Shown here one piece after another: positions 1 to 10,681 of a stretch of DNA of 41,967 nt. Where the stretch lies: assembly GCA_032718475.1 (NCBI GenBank), contig JAUCBJ010006056.1, forward strand, positions 1-41,967, given 5' to 3'. The number at the start of each line of letters is the position of its first letter. Positions within the stretch are counted from its first letter, which is position 1. Below the pieces are notes generated by a model. It saw nothing but the letters and a program-made list of their open reading frames with translations. It did no database searches and had not been told where the DNA came from. The translations under genes and the position numbers were made by a program. The stretch comes from Nemertoderma westbladi. Lineage: Eukaryota > Animalia > Xenacoelomorpha.

Positions 1-130
1 TCTCCGGGAGAGTCAAAGCTAGTCGACTAAGTCATAATTTTTAAAACTTTAAATACGGGTTGAGTTATTTTATAAAGTTAAGAAGAATGAACCAATAGAG
101 GGAGCCTGAAGTCTAATCTCTTGGTCTTTA

Positions 131-1378
131 CTCACATTAACTCCCAAGGTTGCATACTATCACTATCTCCGGGAGAGTCAAAGCTAGAGTGTATGCTAGA
201 GTTAACCAAGAGCTAGGAAAAAGAATAAAGCTCTTCTAGCGTACAAACTCATATCCCTCCAATTAGAGAACTAAGCAAATAATCAGCTTGAAGGTCTTAG
301 ACCCTTAATCGGAGGCATCGAGCAGTCAATGAGAGAGCAGATGCGAGTACAGTGGTAAAGCCCATCCATAGTGAGAAAACGTTGCACTAGCTCTCAAGGA
401 TAGTTATACTCACCATTCAAATATCCCTCGCAAACCAGATTCCCCCAACATCTAAAGTATTCCACTTCAATGTAAAATATATAATGCAATATAACTCGAA
501 TATTTCTGTTTTTTAATATAAATAATAATTGTAGCATAAATTTATAATTTAACATAAATATAATGTGAAAATTCAATATTATCAAATGACATTGCTATAT
601 AATGCATAGCCATGAAAGTTGTTTGGTTTGTAATAAAGAAATGAGACAAGACAATTTATCTCGTCATATGGAAACATATAGAAAGGAAAACTAATGGCTC
701 CGTTACCAAAAAATTTAAAAAATCCGAAGATATTTTTAGTGAAGATGAAAAGAAAAAGAGAGATGAGCGTGATATATTAAATATAAAACAGCCAATGGAA
801 AATAAATTTCATAAAGTTGTGAATATTTTGAAAGGGATACAAAAACAGTTACCCCTAGAAAATGAGGAAAATTTGAGTGAGAAAGATGGAGAAGAAGAGG
901 TAAAATAGGAAAAACATATGCTCACAGGCTCAATCCCTACTCGTATCCCGTTTTATGGGAATTATAAAAAGTAAACATAGAATAACTAGACTAAACTAAA
1001 CACAAAATAGGATAAACAGATGGTCACGGGTTCAATCCCTACTCGCGTCCATTATAAATCCAACACAAAATAAGTTAAACCAGGGACCGGCAGGACACAT
1101 GGAAACGATTTTATTACTATGAAATACACTGAAATATATTCTCACATTAACTCCCAAGGTTGCATACTATAACTATAGCTGGCGGGAGAGTCAAAGCTAG
1201 AGTGTATGCTAGAGTTAACCAAGAGCTAGGAAAAAGAATAATGCTCTTCTAGGGTCCAAACTCACATCCCTCCAATTAGATAACTAAGCAAATAATCAGC
1301 TTGAAGGTCTTAGACCCTTAATCGGAGGCATCGAGCAGCCAATGAGAGAGCAGATGCGAGTACAGTGGTAAAGCCCAT
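131..1378 (+). repeat. ~237-bp direct repeat (131-365 and 1141-1378); a 22-bp sub-segment also occurs at 1-22
   Basis: CTCACATTAACTCCCAAGGTTGCATACTAT...GGTAAAGCCCAT is present twice with few differences. TCTCCGGGAGAGTCAAAGCTAG occurs at 1 and 166. The family is not identified. Confidence 0.8.
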
Positions 1379-1699
1379 TATGATACCGGCTGCCTGGATA
1401 TAGGAAAGGGACAAAGCGACGCCGGCTATAGTGGGAACAATGGAGGGCCGCTAGAGCATTAGCCTTGGGCGACATACGGATTTGCTGTAGTCAAGGCCGC
1501 GATGGGATTATTAGTGAGTCATCGGGGGGGAGGCTAACAGACGGGACTGCTCATTTATATTTGCCTTGGGGGTATACGTATAGATTCACTGCCTGTCGTA
1601 TCTAGTTAATGAATAATGATGGCAGAGGAGGGGGGCCCCGCCGATGAACGTAGTTGATAGTTGCCGGGAATGTGGTGAACGGGGGATGCAATAGGTAAT

Positions 1700-3000
1700 T
1701 ATAAAGTTAAATATAGACATTATGTCATAGTGATCTCATTGGTAATATAAAAACTAATTAATCTAAAATAGAAATCAATGTATAAAGTAAAAGTTAATAC
1801 AATTAATTAATTTAAAATAAAGTACAAATGAATAAATAAAGTAAAATAAAATAGAATACAAATAATTAATTAAAATTAAATATAAATAAATAGGTATTAA
1901 TAAATAAAAGGGCTGCGGTGTCACTTATGACACCCTCTTGAGGCGGCTCTGCGACAGTTGGACAACACTGATGACCCATTGTGTGTCAGGGCGCTAATCA
2001 GTCTGATTAATTAGGATAATCAATTAAACCCTAATTAGGAGTCATATGGAGAAAAGACTATATAATTAAACCAATCAGAGAGCAGCTTTGATGACGTCAC
2101 ATCAGGCGAGATAATGATTGCCCAATGTTATTTAATGGTAGGCAGAGTGGCGCCATTGAATAACGAAGACAAAGGGGCCCCGCGAGAGGAAAGATTATAA
2201 AGTTAACGATAAGGGATCTATAAACCATAGAGCTAAATATAGACATTTTGTCATAATTACGTCATTGGTAATATAAAACCAAATTAATCTAAAAATAGAA
2301 ATCAATATATAAAATAAAAGTAATACAATTAATTAATTTAAAATAAAGTACAAATGAATAAATAAAGTAAAATAGAATACAATTAATTAATTTAAAATAA
2401 ACTACAAATGAATAAATAAAGTAAAATAAAGTACAATTAATTAATTAAAATTAATTATAAATAAATAGTTAAATTGAAAATAACAAAGTTAGAGAAGATG
2501 TTAATTTTCAGATAATACGCCCTCTAGCGGCAGACTATGGAACTGCAGGCGGTTGGATATATGTAAGAGTAATTAGTAATCAGAGCTGTCACGGGGTGGG
2601 GGCAGGGGCGCTTGGATACAACTATCATTAATATGCTGTTGCTTGGTTAAAGCTAATTGGGGGTCAAAGGTCAAAGGTCAACGAAAAAGCTGTCTGGATA
2701 TAGATAAGAGTAATTAGTTACCAGTAAGGGAGCTGTATACCCATAAAGTACAAATGAATAATTAATATAAAATAAAGTACAAATGAATAAATAAAGTAAA
2801 ATAGAATACAAATAATTAATTAAAATTAAATATAAATAAATAAGTATTAATGAATAAAAGAGCTGCGGTGTCACTTATGACACCCTCTTGAGCCGGCTCT
2901 GCGACAGTTAGACCTCACTGATGACCCATTGTGTGTCAGGGCGCTAATCAGTCTGATTAATTAGGATAATCAATTAAACCCTAATTAGGAGTCATATGAC
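1700..3000 (+). repeat. AT-rich local duplications plus a duplicated ~137-bp block (1912-2048 and 2862-2998)
   Basis: AAAATAAAGTACAAATGAATAAATAAAGTAAAATAG blocks recur at ~1815, ~2340, ~2400 and ~2770. GCTGCGGTGTCACTTATGACACC...GGAGTCATATG is duplicated. Confidence 0.75.
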
Positions 3001-3187
3001 ACCTGTTAGGGTTTAATTGTACTAATTAATTGATGACACCTGTCAATTAGGGTCTAATTAGCCTAATTGGGAGGTGTCACCCAGACAGTCTGGCGCCAAT
3101 GACACCCAATGACACCCATAGGGTGATAATTGGGTGTCATATGACACCCAATGGGTGTCAGTGAGGTCTAACTGTCGCAGAGCCGGC
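2892..3187. mobile_element. MITE-like element with ~40-bp terminal inverted repeats
   Basis: GCCGGCTCTGCGACAGTTAGACCTCACTGA..ACCCATTG (2892-2931) is inverted at 3149-3187. The interior is rich in TGACACC and CTAATTAG motifs. No TSD could be resolved. Confidence 0.6.
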
Positions 3188-3299
3188 CAAGACCCTACTA
3201 CTGGTGTTGATACTTAAAAAGCGCATTTCTCGTAATGGAGAGTTCTAAATCTAGGGACCACGAGTAAGCCAGCGTTACTCGAACGTAACTGGTGAGTCG

Positions 3300-3970
3300 G
3301 ATTATAGGTTGTTAACAGCTATGTCAGGTAGGCTGGGGCACATCTGTTCAAACACTTATACGTTAACATGGCTATCTTGTAGTCGATGCGACGTTTTATT
3401 GTGAGCCAATGCAATTGTTTTAGGATTGGAGTAATATGGTCCCGTCTTTTTTCACTTATTGCAGTTTTAGATAGATTTTGTAGGCAATCCATAATATAGT
3501 GCATTGTGTGCATTTAATTTGCTGGTAACAAGAGTGTGTATTACAGTCTCCAGGTTGTGTCTATCGAGGTACTGTTTAAGTCTTGATAAGTTTTTTAAAT
3601 GGTAGAATGCTTTGCGAACTGTTATTTGGATTTGTTTACTTAGCGTCAGATTGGATTGGAATCCAGCTCAAGGCCAATATTACGTGCGCCTGGACTACAG
3701 TAGATTATGTCAGTTCCTATTTTAACCATTAGAGGAGGTAGGTGGTATCGGTTGTGGTGGTAGGTTGTTCGTGGTATCTGTGTACCAAAGCGGGATAGCA
3801 GTAATATTACCTCAATTTTGTCAGTATTCAGCTTTAGGAAAAAAGTCCTCATGCAGTTGTTAATGTCTCTCATGCAATTTTTCAATGACCTTCACTGTTT
3901 GGTCAATTTTTGCAAGCTCATACAGTTGAATGTTGTCCGCATATAGGTGGTAAGACATGCTGTGTCTTCG
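3300..3970 (-). pseudogene. L2/CR1-type LINE ORF2 relic: RT catalytic region and C-terminus
   Basis: Minus-strand translations give YHLYADNIQLY (a degenerate YADD motif, ~3920-3955), LKLNTDKIEVIL...ARNIGLELDS (3646-3885) and HITPILKQLHWLTIKRRIDYKI...APAYL (3319-3513). Confidence 0.85.
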
Positions 3971-4170
3971 TACTTACGTACCCTCTAACTCTCTAACTGA
4001 CTAACGGTACTTACGTACCCTCTAACTCTCTAACTAACTAGCGGTACTTACGTACCCTCTAACTCTCTAACTAACTATCGGTACTACGTACCCTCTAACT
4101 CTCTAACTAACTAGCGGTACTTACGTACCCTCTAACCCTTTAACTAACTATCGGTACTACGTACCACCCT
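3970..4170 (+). repeat. ~37-bp tandem repeat x ~5, part of the 3' noncoding region of the second B internal copy
   Basis: The unit GTACTTACGTACCCTCTAACTCTCTAACTAACTAGCG is repeated directly. A related motif occurs at ~7143 in the main B copy. Confidence 0.85.
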
Positions 4171-5490
4171 TTAACTAACTAATTATTACTACCTAACTTC
4201 TACCTACTCTATTATTTAATTATTTTCATTAATTTTAATTAAATAATTATTTTATATTTTATGCGTGGGAAGGGCGTCTCGCCCTCATTCCCACCCCCCT
4301 CAGTCCAAAACTTTGGACGACTAAAAACTCTCACGTGCCCCTTCTTCCAGTAGGCACTCTCCTGCTGCCCTCCTATACGTCCTCTAACTCTTCGCCACAC
4401 TCTCTTCGGTGCCACCTTTGCTGGCCTCCCCCTTCGTATGTGCGCTGGCATTGGAGCCCTCGACGACCCCCGCTCGTCCCTCGGTATACACGACGCCCGT
4501 CCATGTAATGCCCCCTCGCACCGTGCCAGCCCCGTGTGCGTATGCAACACGCCTCCTTCTACTTTCCCGACTCCTTTGCTCATGGACTTCTCTACCCCTG
4601 GTTTAGTCCTTTCACATCCTCTCCCTTCCCAACACTCTCCGGATCTGTGTCCTTTTACCACACATCGATGACATAGTCCGTTTGCGTCTGTGTAGGCTAC
4701 ACGATCTCGTTTGGGCAACGCTTGCCAGTACTTGCAACTCCTGGTCTTATGGGTTCCGTCCCGATGTAATTGACATTGGAATCCTGGATTATAGCGTTTC
4801 CTGTATAGTCCTTCACGTATCGCGCTTAGGTTTATATGTACCGATTTAATGTTTCGATTGTCTAGACTCGGCCTACTGGGTATATTGGGATTGTGTTTAT
4901 TTTTGGTGTTATTTTCTTCCTGTCCCCGCCACGGTGTGGCCCTGCTACCAGCTAACTGTGGACTAGCAGTCCCCTGTATAGCCGCGTGTGGTAGTGACTG
5001 CCCGCACGACCTGTTCTCGTCCAGGGAGTTCGATATTCTTGCTCCTATCGGGGTATATTGTCGATATTGTGATGGGGGAATGTCACCCTGTCCCCCCCCC
5101 GGCCGGTATGTTTGGTACTGGGGTTGATGTTAATACATTGGGGCCCATACGTCTATCTCCAATAACTCCCCCCTCCCCTGGATATATGTTATGTCCCTGT
5201 GTATTATAGTCATGCTGCTGTACCGATATAGGCCTATCTACTTCTCGCCTACCTACCGGTATGTACTCCACGACTTCCGGGTTTAATCCCGTCGTTCGCG
5301 CTACCCTATCGCCTACTCTATCTCTCCCAGCATGGCCATCGTTCCTTTCTCTCGACTCATCTTCGTCTTTGGTGGCTGGCAGCCACAGTCTGTCAGTTGG
5401 TTGGATCTAGTTCTATCACTGTCAGACTGTTAGGGCCGCTGCTAGGATTCTACCACTGTCAGGGCAGCTGGGCGGATCTGATTCTGTCAC
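3970..5490 (-). mobile_element. Second, heavily deleted internal copy of element B, lying in tandem after the 5491-6005 LTR
   Basis: 4265-4330 matches 7331-7390, 4635-5000 matches 8515-8885, 5002-5337 matches 9697-10038, and 5340-5420 matches 25525-25610. The capsid and protease regions are deleted. ORF 4239-4718 keeps a CCHC knuckle (CHRCVVKGHRSGEC). Confidence 0.85.
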
Positions 5491-6005
5491 TGTGACGGGA
5501 TCTACGGATCCCGGTTTATCCGTTGGGTTTTCTATCCACGCGTCCCCGCCGTGTGTGAAAGGTAAAAGAGTTCTGATGTTCGGTAATATGTATAAAGGTA
5601 TAATAGTCTGATATAGCACAGTATAGTATGACACGGTTACAGGTAGATAAGTATGATGGCGGTAGCGGACGGTGATAGAAGTCACCGTTCCACCCTACTG
5701 AACTGACTGAGTAAACTGAATGAATGTTGCATCGACCGGTAATATATATTGCACAGTTGGCCATATAATCACTTAGCCGGTGCCTCCCCCCCATTGGCTA
5801 ATATCCCTGTTGTCGCCCTTTGGAGTGTTTCCCCTCACTCCTGCTATTCTCTCTCTGTCAGGGCTATGGCCCCTGACCCCTATTGTGTGTTTCTCCTTCC
5901 CACTCTGTTGGGATGGCACGAGGTTGGGTAATTAACCTCGTGCTCCCGATATTGCTTAATGGCTCACTCTATGGGGTTGTGTTAGCGGAATTGGATAAGC
6001 TAACA
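5491..6005 (-). repeat. LTR of element B (3' LTR of the main copy, shared as the 5' LTR of the tandem copy)
   Basis: High identity to 25611-26141. Minus-strand termini are TGTTAGC...CGTCACA. It is preceded on the minus strand by a polypurine tract. Confidence 0.88.
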
Positions 6006-6014
6006 CTCCCCCCC
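6006..6014 (-). promoter_or_regulatory. Polypurine tract (PPT) of element B
   Basis: Minus-strand GGGGGGGAG directly abuts the TGT that starts the LTR. Confidence 0.85.
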
Positions 6015-7395
6015 ATGCTATCTTCCCGGTGAGAAGATAGCATCAACCTCTAAGTGCGCTTCAATTCCGCTGGAACTCGATCTATTATCGGGTGTGGGGT
6101 GGCGTTATTTTCTTGGAGTCGGCTTTCCAGGCCGCTCCCTATGGGTATGATCTCACTACCCTCTGGCGTCTCGTGTCGGGCCGATCGTGCGCTTCACTCA
6201 CACAATTTTTGTTTCCCCAACACTCTCACCACTCTAACTCCGCTCTCTGACTCAACTCGCTCTTACCCTCTCCCCACACCTGAATCGCACTCTTCTCTCT
6301 CGCCAACAGTTCCTTTTACTATCTCCTCTCTACTCCCTGCCACTCTCTAAGGCCCTGACCTCTAATGCTACCCCTGTGCTATCATACTATCTACCTTATC
6401 TAAGGTCTAACCTGCTAACTATCTAACTTCTCTAACTCTAACTAACTCCTAACTCTACTAACTACTAACTCTACTCTCTGCTAACTCTTACTACTTTTAG
6501 CTCTAACTAAAAGCCTCTAACTTTCTACTAACTCTAACTAGAACTCTCTAACTCTCTGCTAAGTCTACTAACTCTTTTCTAACTCTGACTAAAATCCTCC
6601 ATCTACGTGGCGCTTGTGGTGCCCACAACCATTCTACTACTACTTCTACTCTGCTACTATCTTTAACTCTAGTAACTCTACTCGACTCCTCTAAGTCTAC
6701 TGACTCCCTAGCCCTCTAACTAGAACTCTCTAACTCTACCCACTCTTCTAACTACGTGGCGCTTCCGGTGCCCACAACCTCTCTACTACTGCTCGTGGCA
6801 TGACAATATGCCACACTCCCTATTCCCCGCCGCCTTCTAACTCTACTACCTGGCACCCTATGTGCCCGTCTCTACCACTCTACTACCTGGCACCCTATGT
6901 GCCCTCTCCACTACTTTCTACTACTACATCTCCACCTCCACTAATACCTCTATCTACGTGGTGCTTGCGGTGCCCACAACCCCTCTCTTACTACTTTCTA
7001 TGTGGCGCTTATGGTGCCCACAACCTCTCTACCACTACTACTTTCTACGTGGCGCTTCCGGTGCCCACGACCCCCCTACTACTACTCGTGGCATGACAAT
7101 ATGCCACACTCCCTTACCCCGCCGCCTTCTAACTTAGCTCCCGGTACTACGTACCCTCTACTCCCGTGGTATGTTTATACCACACTCCCTATACTCCGCC
7201 GCCTTCTAACCTCTCTACTTACTATCCTTTACTATTTCTAACTTCTACTAATCTACTTCTTCTACTATCTGTCTTATTTTTAATTATTTAATTATTTATT
7301 ATTATTTATTTAAATTAAATAATTATTTTTGTGGGAAGGGCGTCTCGCCCTCATTCCCACCCCCCTCAGTCCAAAATATTGGACGACTAAACCTC

Positions 7396-9780
7396 CTAAC
7401 TAGGGCGATTCTTCCAACAGGCACTCTCCCACTGCTGCTCTTGTAGGTCCTGTAGGATTTGCCGCACTCTCTTCGCCAATTCCATCTCACCAGGAATTGG
7501 TTCTCCCTCCTCTGCCACTCTGAAATCGGGTCTCTCCGCCGCCTTCTTAACTAGCTCATCTCCTGGCATCAAAATGCCACTTCTCTCCTTGTTGTCTCCC
7601 GGCGGCAGAATGAATAGAAAGTGAAAGAACAGGCAGAACAGAAGGTACAATAGTAGTCCTATCCCTTTCCATCCTGCCTTCCTTCTCGACTTCCCCCTTG
7701 TTGGTATGCCTCCAAACCGGACCTGCGTCTCTTCCGGACACTCCTCTGGAAACTCCCCCGGAGTGTTGTCCTCCGGACACCTCGCCGTCCGCTCCGCTCC
7801 ATCTCCATACCGATGCTTGCTGGGAAACCTACTCTCCTCTGCCCACTTTCTTACTGTCACCTCCCTATCTGGCTCTACTGTCTCTTGTTTCTCCTCTACT
7901 TCCTCTGCGTCTTCGGTGCCTGGTATCATGCACCCAGATGTCTCTGTCACACTGCATGGGATGTTGGTTTTAACTGGGCCGCTAAGCGTCCATCCGAACG
8001 GCGTAAGGATGGCCGTCGGGTCCCGCTGCCTGTCTTCGCCGAAGACCGTCTTCATCCTCTCATGGGCCGTCGGGCAGTCCATTCCTACTATAATGGACAC
8101 CTTCCTAACGTCCACCTTTGGTATTAAGAAATCGATATCGTCCAGGAATCTATACTGCTCGACCTCAATGTTGGTTGGTCGCCTGGCGTTGATATTTATC
8201 GATTCTATGACGTGGATGGCTATCCTGCACCTCCCCGTCCTCGTCTCCAGGACCTCATCTTTACTCGAGACGGTAGTTACCGCCATTCCGTTCGGCCTCG
8301 TCTTTAGCCCTATCTCTTCGGCCACCCAGTTCTCCACCAGCGTGAAGGCTGCTCCGCTGCCGACCAGCATTAATGTCGTTACTGATCGACCGCCCTCTCC
8401 TGATATCTTCACTGGTACTACCCCGAGTAGTACTTTTCTCTTCTTCTCCTCTTCTGTAGTGCTTCTAGCTGCTGTTTGGCCTCCAGTCTCCTCCTCTCTT
8501 GCTGCTGTTTCTCTACACTCTCCAGACCTGTGTCCTTCTACCACACATCGATGACATAGTCCGTTCGCGTCTGTGTAGGCTATACGATCTTGTTTGGGCA
8601 ACGCTTGCCAGTGCTTACAACTTCTGGTCTTATGGGTTCCGTCCCGATGTAATTGACATTCGAATCCTGGATTATAGCGCTCCCTGTATAGTCCCTTACG
8701 TATCGCACCTAGGTTTATATGTACCGATTTAGTGTTTTGGTTGTCTAGACTCGGCCTACTGGGTACATTGGGATTATGTTTATTTATGGTGTTATTTTCT
8801 TTCTGTCCCCGCCACGGTGTGGCCCTACTACCAGCTAACTGTGGACTAGTAGTCCCCTGTGTGGCCGCATGTGGTAGTGACTGTCCCACTCCCGAGAATG
8901 GGTCTGTCGGATTATGTTCGGGTTTAGGCCTGTTGTATTCGATCTTTGGTGCCTTCCCCAAACTATCCTCGCTATAGACTGGATCTGTTATTAATTCGGC
9001 CTCGTAGTTGAGGAAGCTTGACATCTCTTCTAGGCCCGGTTCCACACCCTTCTTTTCCCGTGTGGAGAAAGCGATTTTCCTCCACTTCCTTCGTAACCAG
9101 ATTGGCAGTGCCTGCGCTATCGTGGTGATGTTGTTAGACGCGTTGAGTTCGTATGGTGCGTCTAGCGTCTTTAACACGATTAACGCCTTCTCGACCTTGT
9201 TCGCAAAGGTCCTTATGCTAACGGGATTATCCTGTAGGCCACCCGATGTTATGCCTCTCAGGGTTTGCCGGATGATCTTGGCTGGGTGCCCGTATTCCCT
9301 GTCCAATGCCCGCCATGCTGCCGTGAAGCCGCCCTCGATGCCCTGGTATTGCCTCACGATGTCGTATGCTGGGCCTCCTGTATATACTTGCAGATATTTT
9401 AGGCACTCCGCCTGCATCAAGTTCTTTGTTAGTATTTCATTACTATACATGCGCCGAAACTGTAGATATTCTTCCGGCCTACTCCCATCGAATTTAAACG
9501 GTTCCACGGGTGGTAACTCGATCCTAGTTTTTAACGCATCGATTAACGTGGCCATCCCCATCGCCTGCGCTTCCAATGGGTTCGATGGATGTTGTATAGT
9601 TTCTCCTGTTGGGTACGGTCCGTCCGTCCTATTTGTTGTTGATTTTTGCGTCGGATATATTATTGGGGGTAATGGCCCCCTCCATATTTCCGTGTCGCAC
9701 GACTTGTTCTCGTCCAAGGGGTTCGATGTTCTTGCTCCTATTGGGGTATATTGTTGATATTGTGATGGGGGGAATGTCAC
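7396..9780 (-). CDS. gag: BEL/Pao Gag-protease fusion (C-terminal part of B's ORF): capsid-like DUF1759 region, zinc knuckles, mutated aspartic protease, hydrophobic segment, DUF5641-like remnant
   Basis: 794-aa ORF containing PFKFDGSRPEEYLQF...LKYLQVYTGGPA...AWRALDREYG, knuckles CQLHRDGTHKTRSC and CHRCVVEGHRSGEC, protease LVGSGA (D to G), IIVGMD and LTPFGWTLSGP. Confidence 0.85.
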   Translation of the reverse strand: MTFPPSQYQQYTPIGARTSNPLDENKSCDTEIWRGPLPPIIYPTQKSTTNRTDGPYPTGETIQHPSNPLEAQAMGMATLIDALKTRIELPPVEPFKFDGSRPEEYLQFRRMYSNEILTKNLMQAECLKYLQVYTGGPAYDIVRQYQGIEGGFTAAWRALDREYGHPAKIIRQTLRGITSGGLQDNPVSIRTFANKVEKALIVLKTLDAPYELNASNNITTIAQALPIWLRRKWRKIAFSTREKKGVEPGLEEMSSFLNYEAELITDPVYSEDSLGKAPKIEYNRPKPEHNPTDPFSGVGQSLPHAATQGTTSPQLAGSRATPWRGQKENNTINKHNPNVPSRPSLDNQNTKSVHINLGAIRKGLYRERYNPGFECQLHRDGTHKTRSCKHWQALPKQDRIAYTDANGLCHRCVVEGHRSGECRETAAREEETGGQTAARSTTEEEKKRKVLLGVVPVKISGEGGRSVTTLMLVGSGAAFTLVENWVAEEIGLKTRPNGMAVTTVSSKDEVLETRTGRCRIAIHVIESININARRPTNIEVEQYRFLDDIDFLIPKVDVRKVSIIVGMDCPTAHERMKTVFGEDRQRDPTAILTPFGWTLSGPVKTNIPCSVTETSGCMIPGTEDAEEVEEKQETVEPDREVTVRKWAEESRFPSKHRYGDGAERTARCPEDNTPGEFPEECPEETQVRFGGIPTRGKSRRKAGWKGIGLLLYLLFCLFFHFLFILPPGDNKERSGILMPGDELVKKAAERPDFRVAEEGEPIPGEMELAKRVRQILQDLQEQQWESACWKNRPS

Positions 9781-10681
9781 CCTGTCCCCCCCCCCCCCCC
9801 CCCGCCGGTATGTTTGGTACTGGGGTTGATGTTAGTATATTGGGGCCCATGCACCTATCCGCAATAATTCCCCCCTCCCCTGGATATATGTAATGTCCTT
9901 GTGTATTATAGTCATGCTGCTGTACCGATATAGGCCTACCCACTTCTTGCCTACCTACCGGTATGTACTCCGCGGCTTCCGGGTTTAATCCCGTCGTTCG
10001 TGCTACCCTATCGCCTACTCTATCTCTCCCAGCATGGCCTATAATAGTATGTGCAGTAAGGCCTACAGTGTGTCCTGCAGTCTGCATGTACCCTTTCGAA
10101 CCGAAGTTTAATCTTTGCGAATCTCGAATCTCCCCGCGACTACCGTACTTTCGATCGGCAGCTATATCACGTCAGGAAGTTTCCCTTCGATCCCCTATCC
10201 TGCTCTCGTCTTCGTATCGGTACATCCTGTACCCCTTTCTTGGCGTGCGGTGCGTTTCTCCAGGGCGACGGCAATCTCCCAAAGTTCGACCCCACTGACT
10301 CTCTGTCTCCATCTCTACTACTGATGGCTCGCTATCCGTCCTCGCTCTCCGGTTGCTCCTAGCAACGACTCTTCTACTATCTTCCCTTCTTTATCTTCGA
10401 CCCCTCTATTAAACTCTACTAATCTACTTCTACCTTCCACCTCTCTATTAAACTCTACTAATCTTCTCTCTTCTGACTGGGCTTGACGTTCCGTCGCCCG
10501 CCCTCTCGCGACGTCAACCTGTCTCTCTCTGCTCGATCGCACGCCGCTGGGGATACTCGCAATCCCCCTATTACTCTCCATCGCCGGGTGTTGCGGTTTA
10601 CCTATTTCAGCCCGCGCATTATCCGCCGACGCCTGTGGGACACTCTCTGCCCCCCCCTCTCTCGCTACTAATCTCTCGTGG

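Noticed and set aside
1380-1700. Possible second tyrosine-recombinase relic
   Set aside because: Only a few suggestive residues (ALGDIRI, SHRGG) with stops; too weak to call by eye.
2918-2940. CTGATGA hammerhead-like motif (also at ~1968)
   Set aside because: No downstream GAAA or three-way junction; it lies in a TIR.
3970-4170. CRISPR-like array (also 26424-26981 and 36580-36790)
   Set aside because: These are head-to-tail tandem repeats without unique spacers, there are no cas genes, and the context is eukaryotic.
5446-5456. tRNA PBS (minus-strand TGGTAGAATCC)
   Set aside because: It is not adjacent to the LTR end, matches no tRNA 3' end I recognise, is absent after the 5' LTR, and is better explained as a variant of GTGATAGAA.
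7706-9757. Long plus-strand ORFs (7706-8554, 9008-9757) and the antisense ORF 16743-17399
   Set aside because: They are shadow frames antisense to genuine gag/pol coding sequence and carry no motifs.
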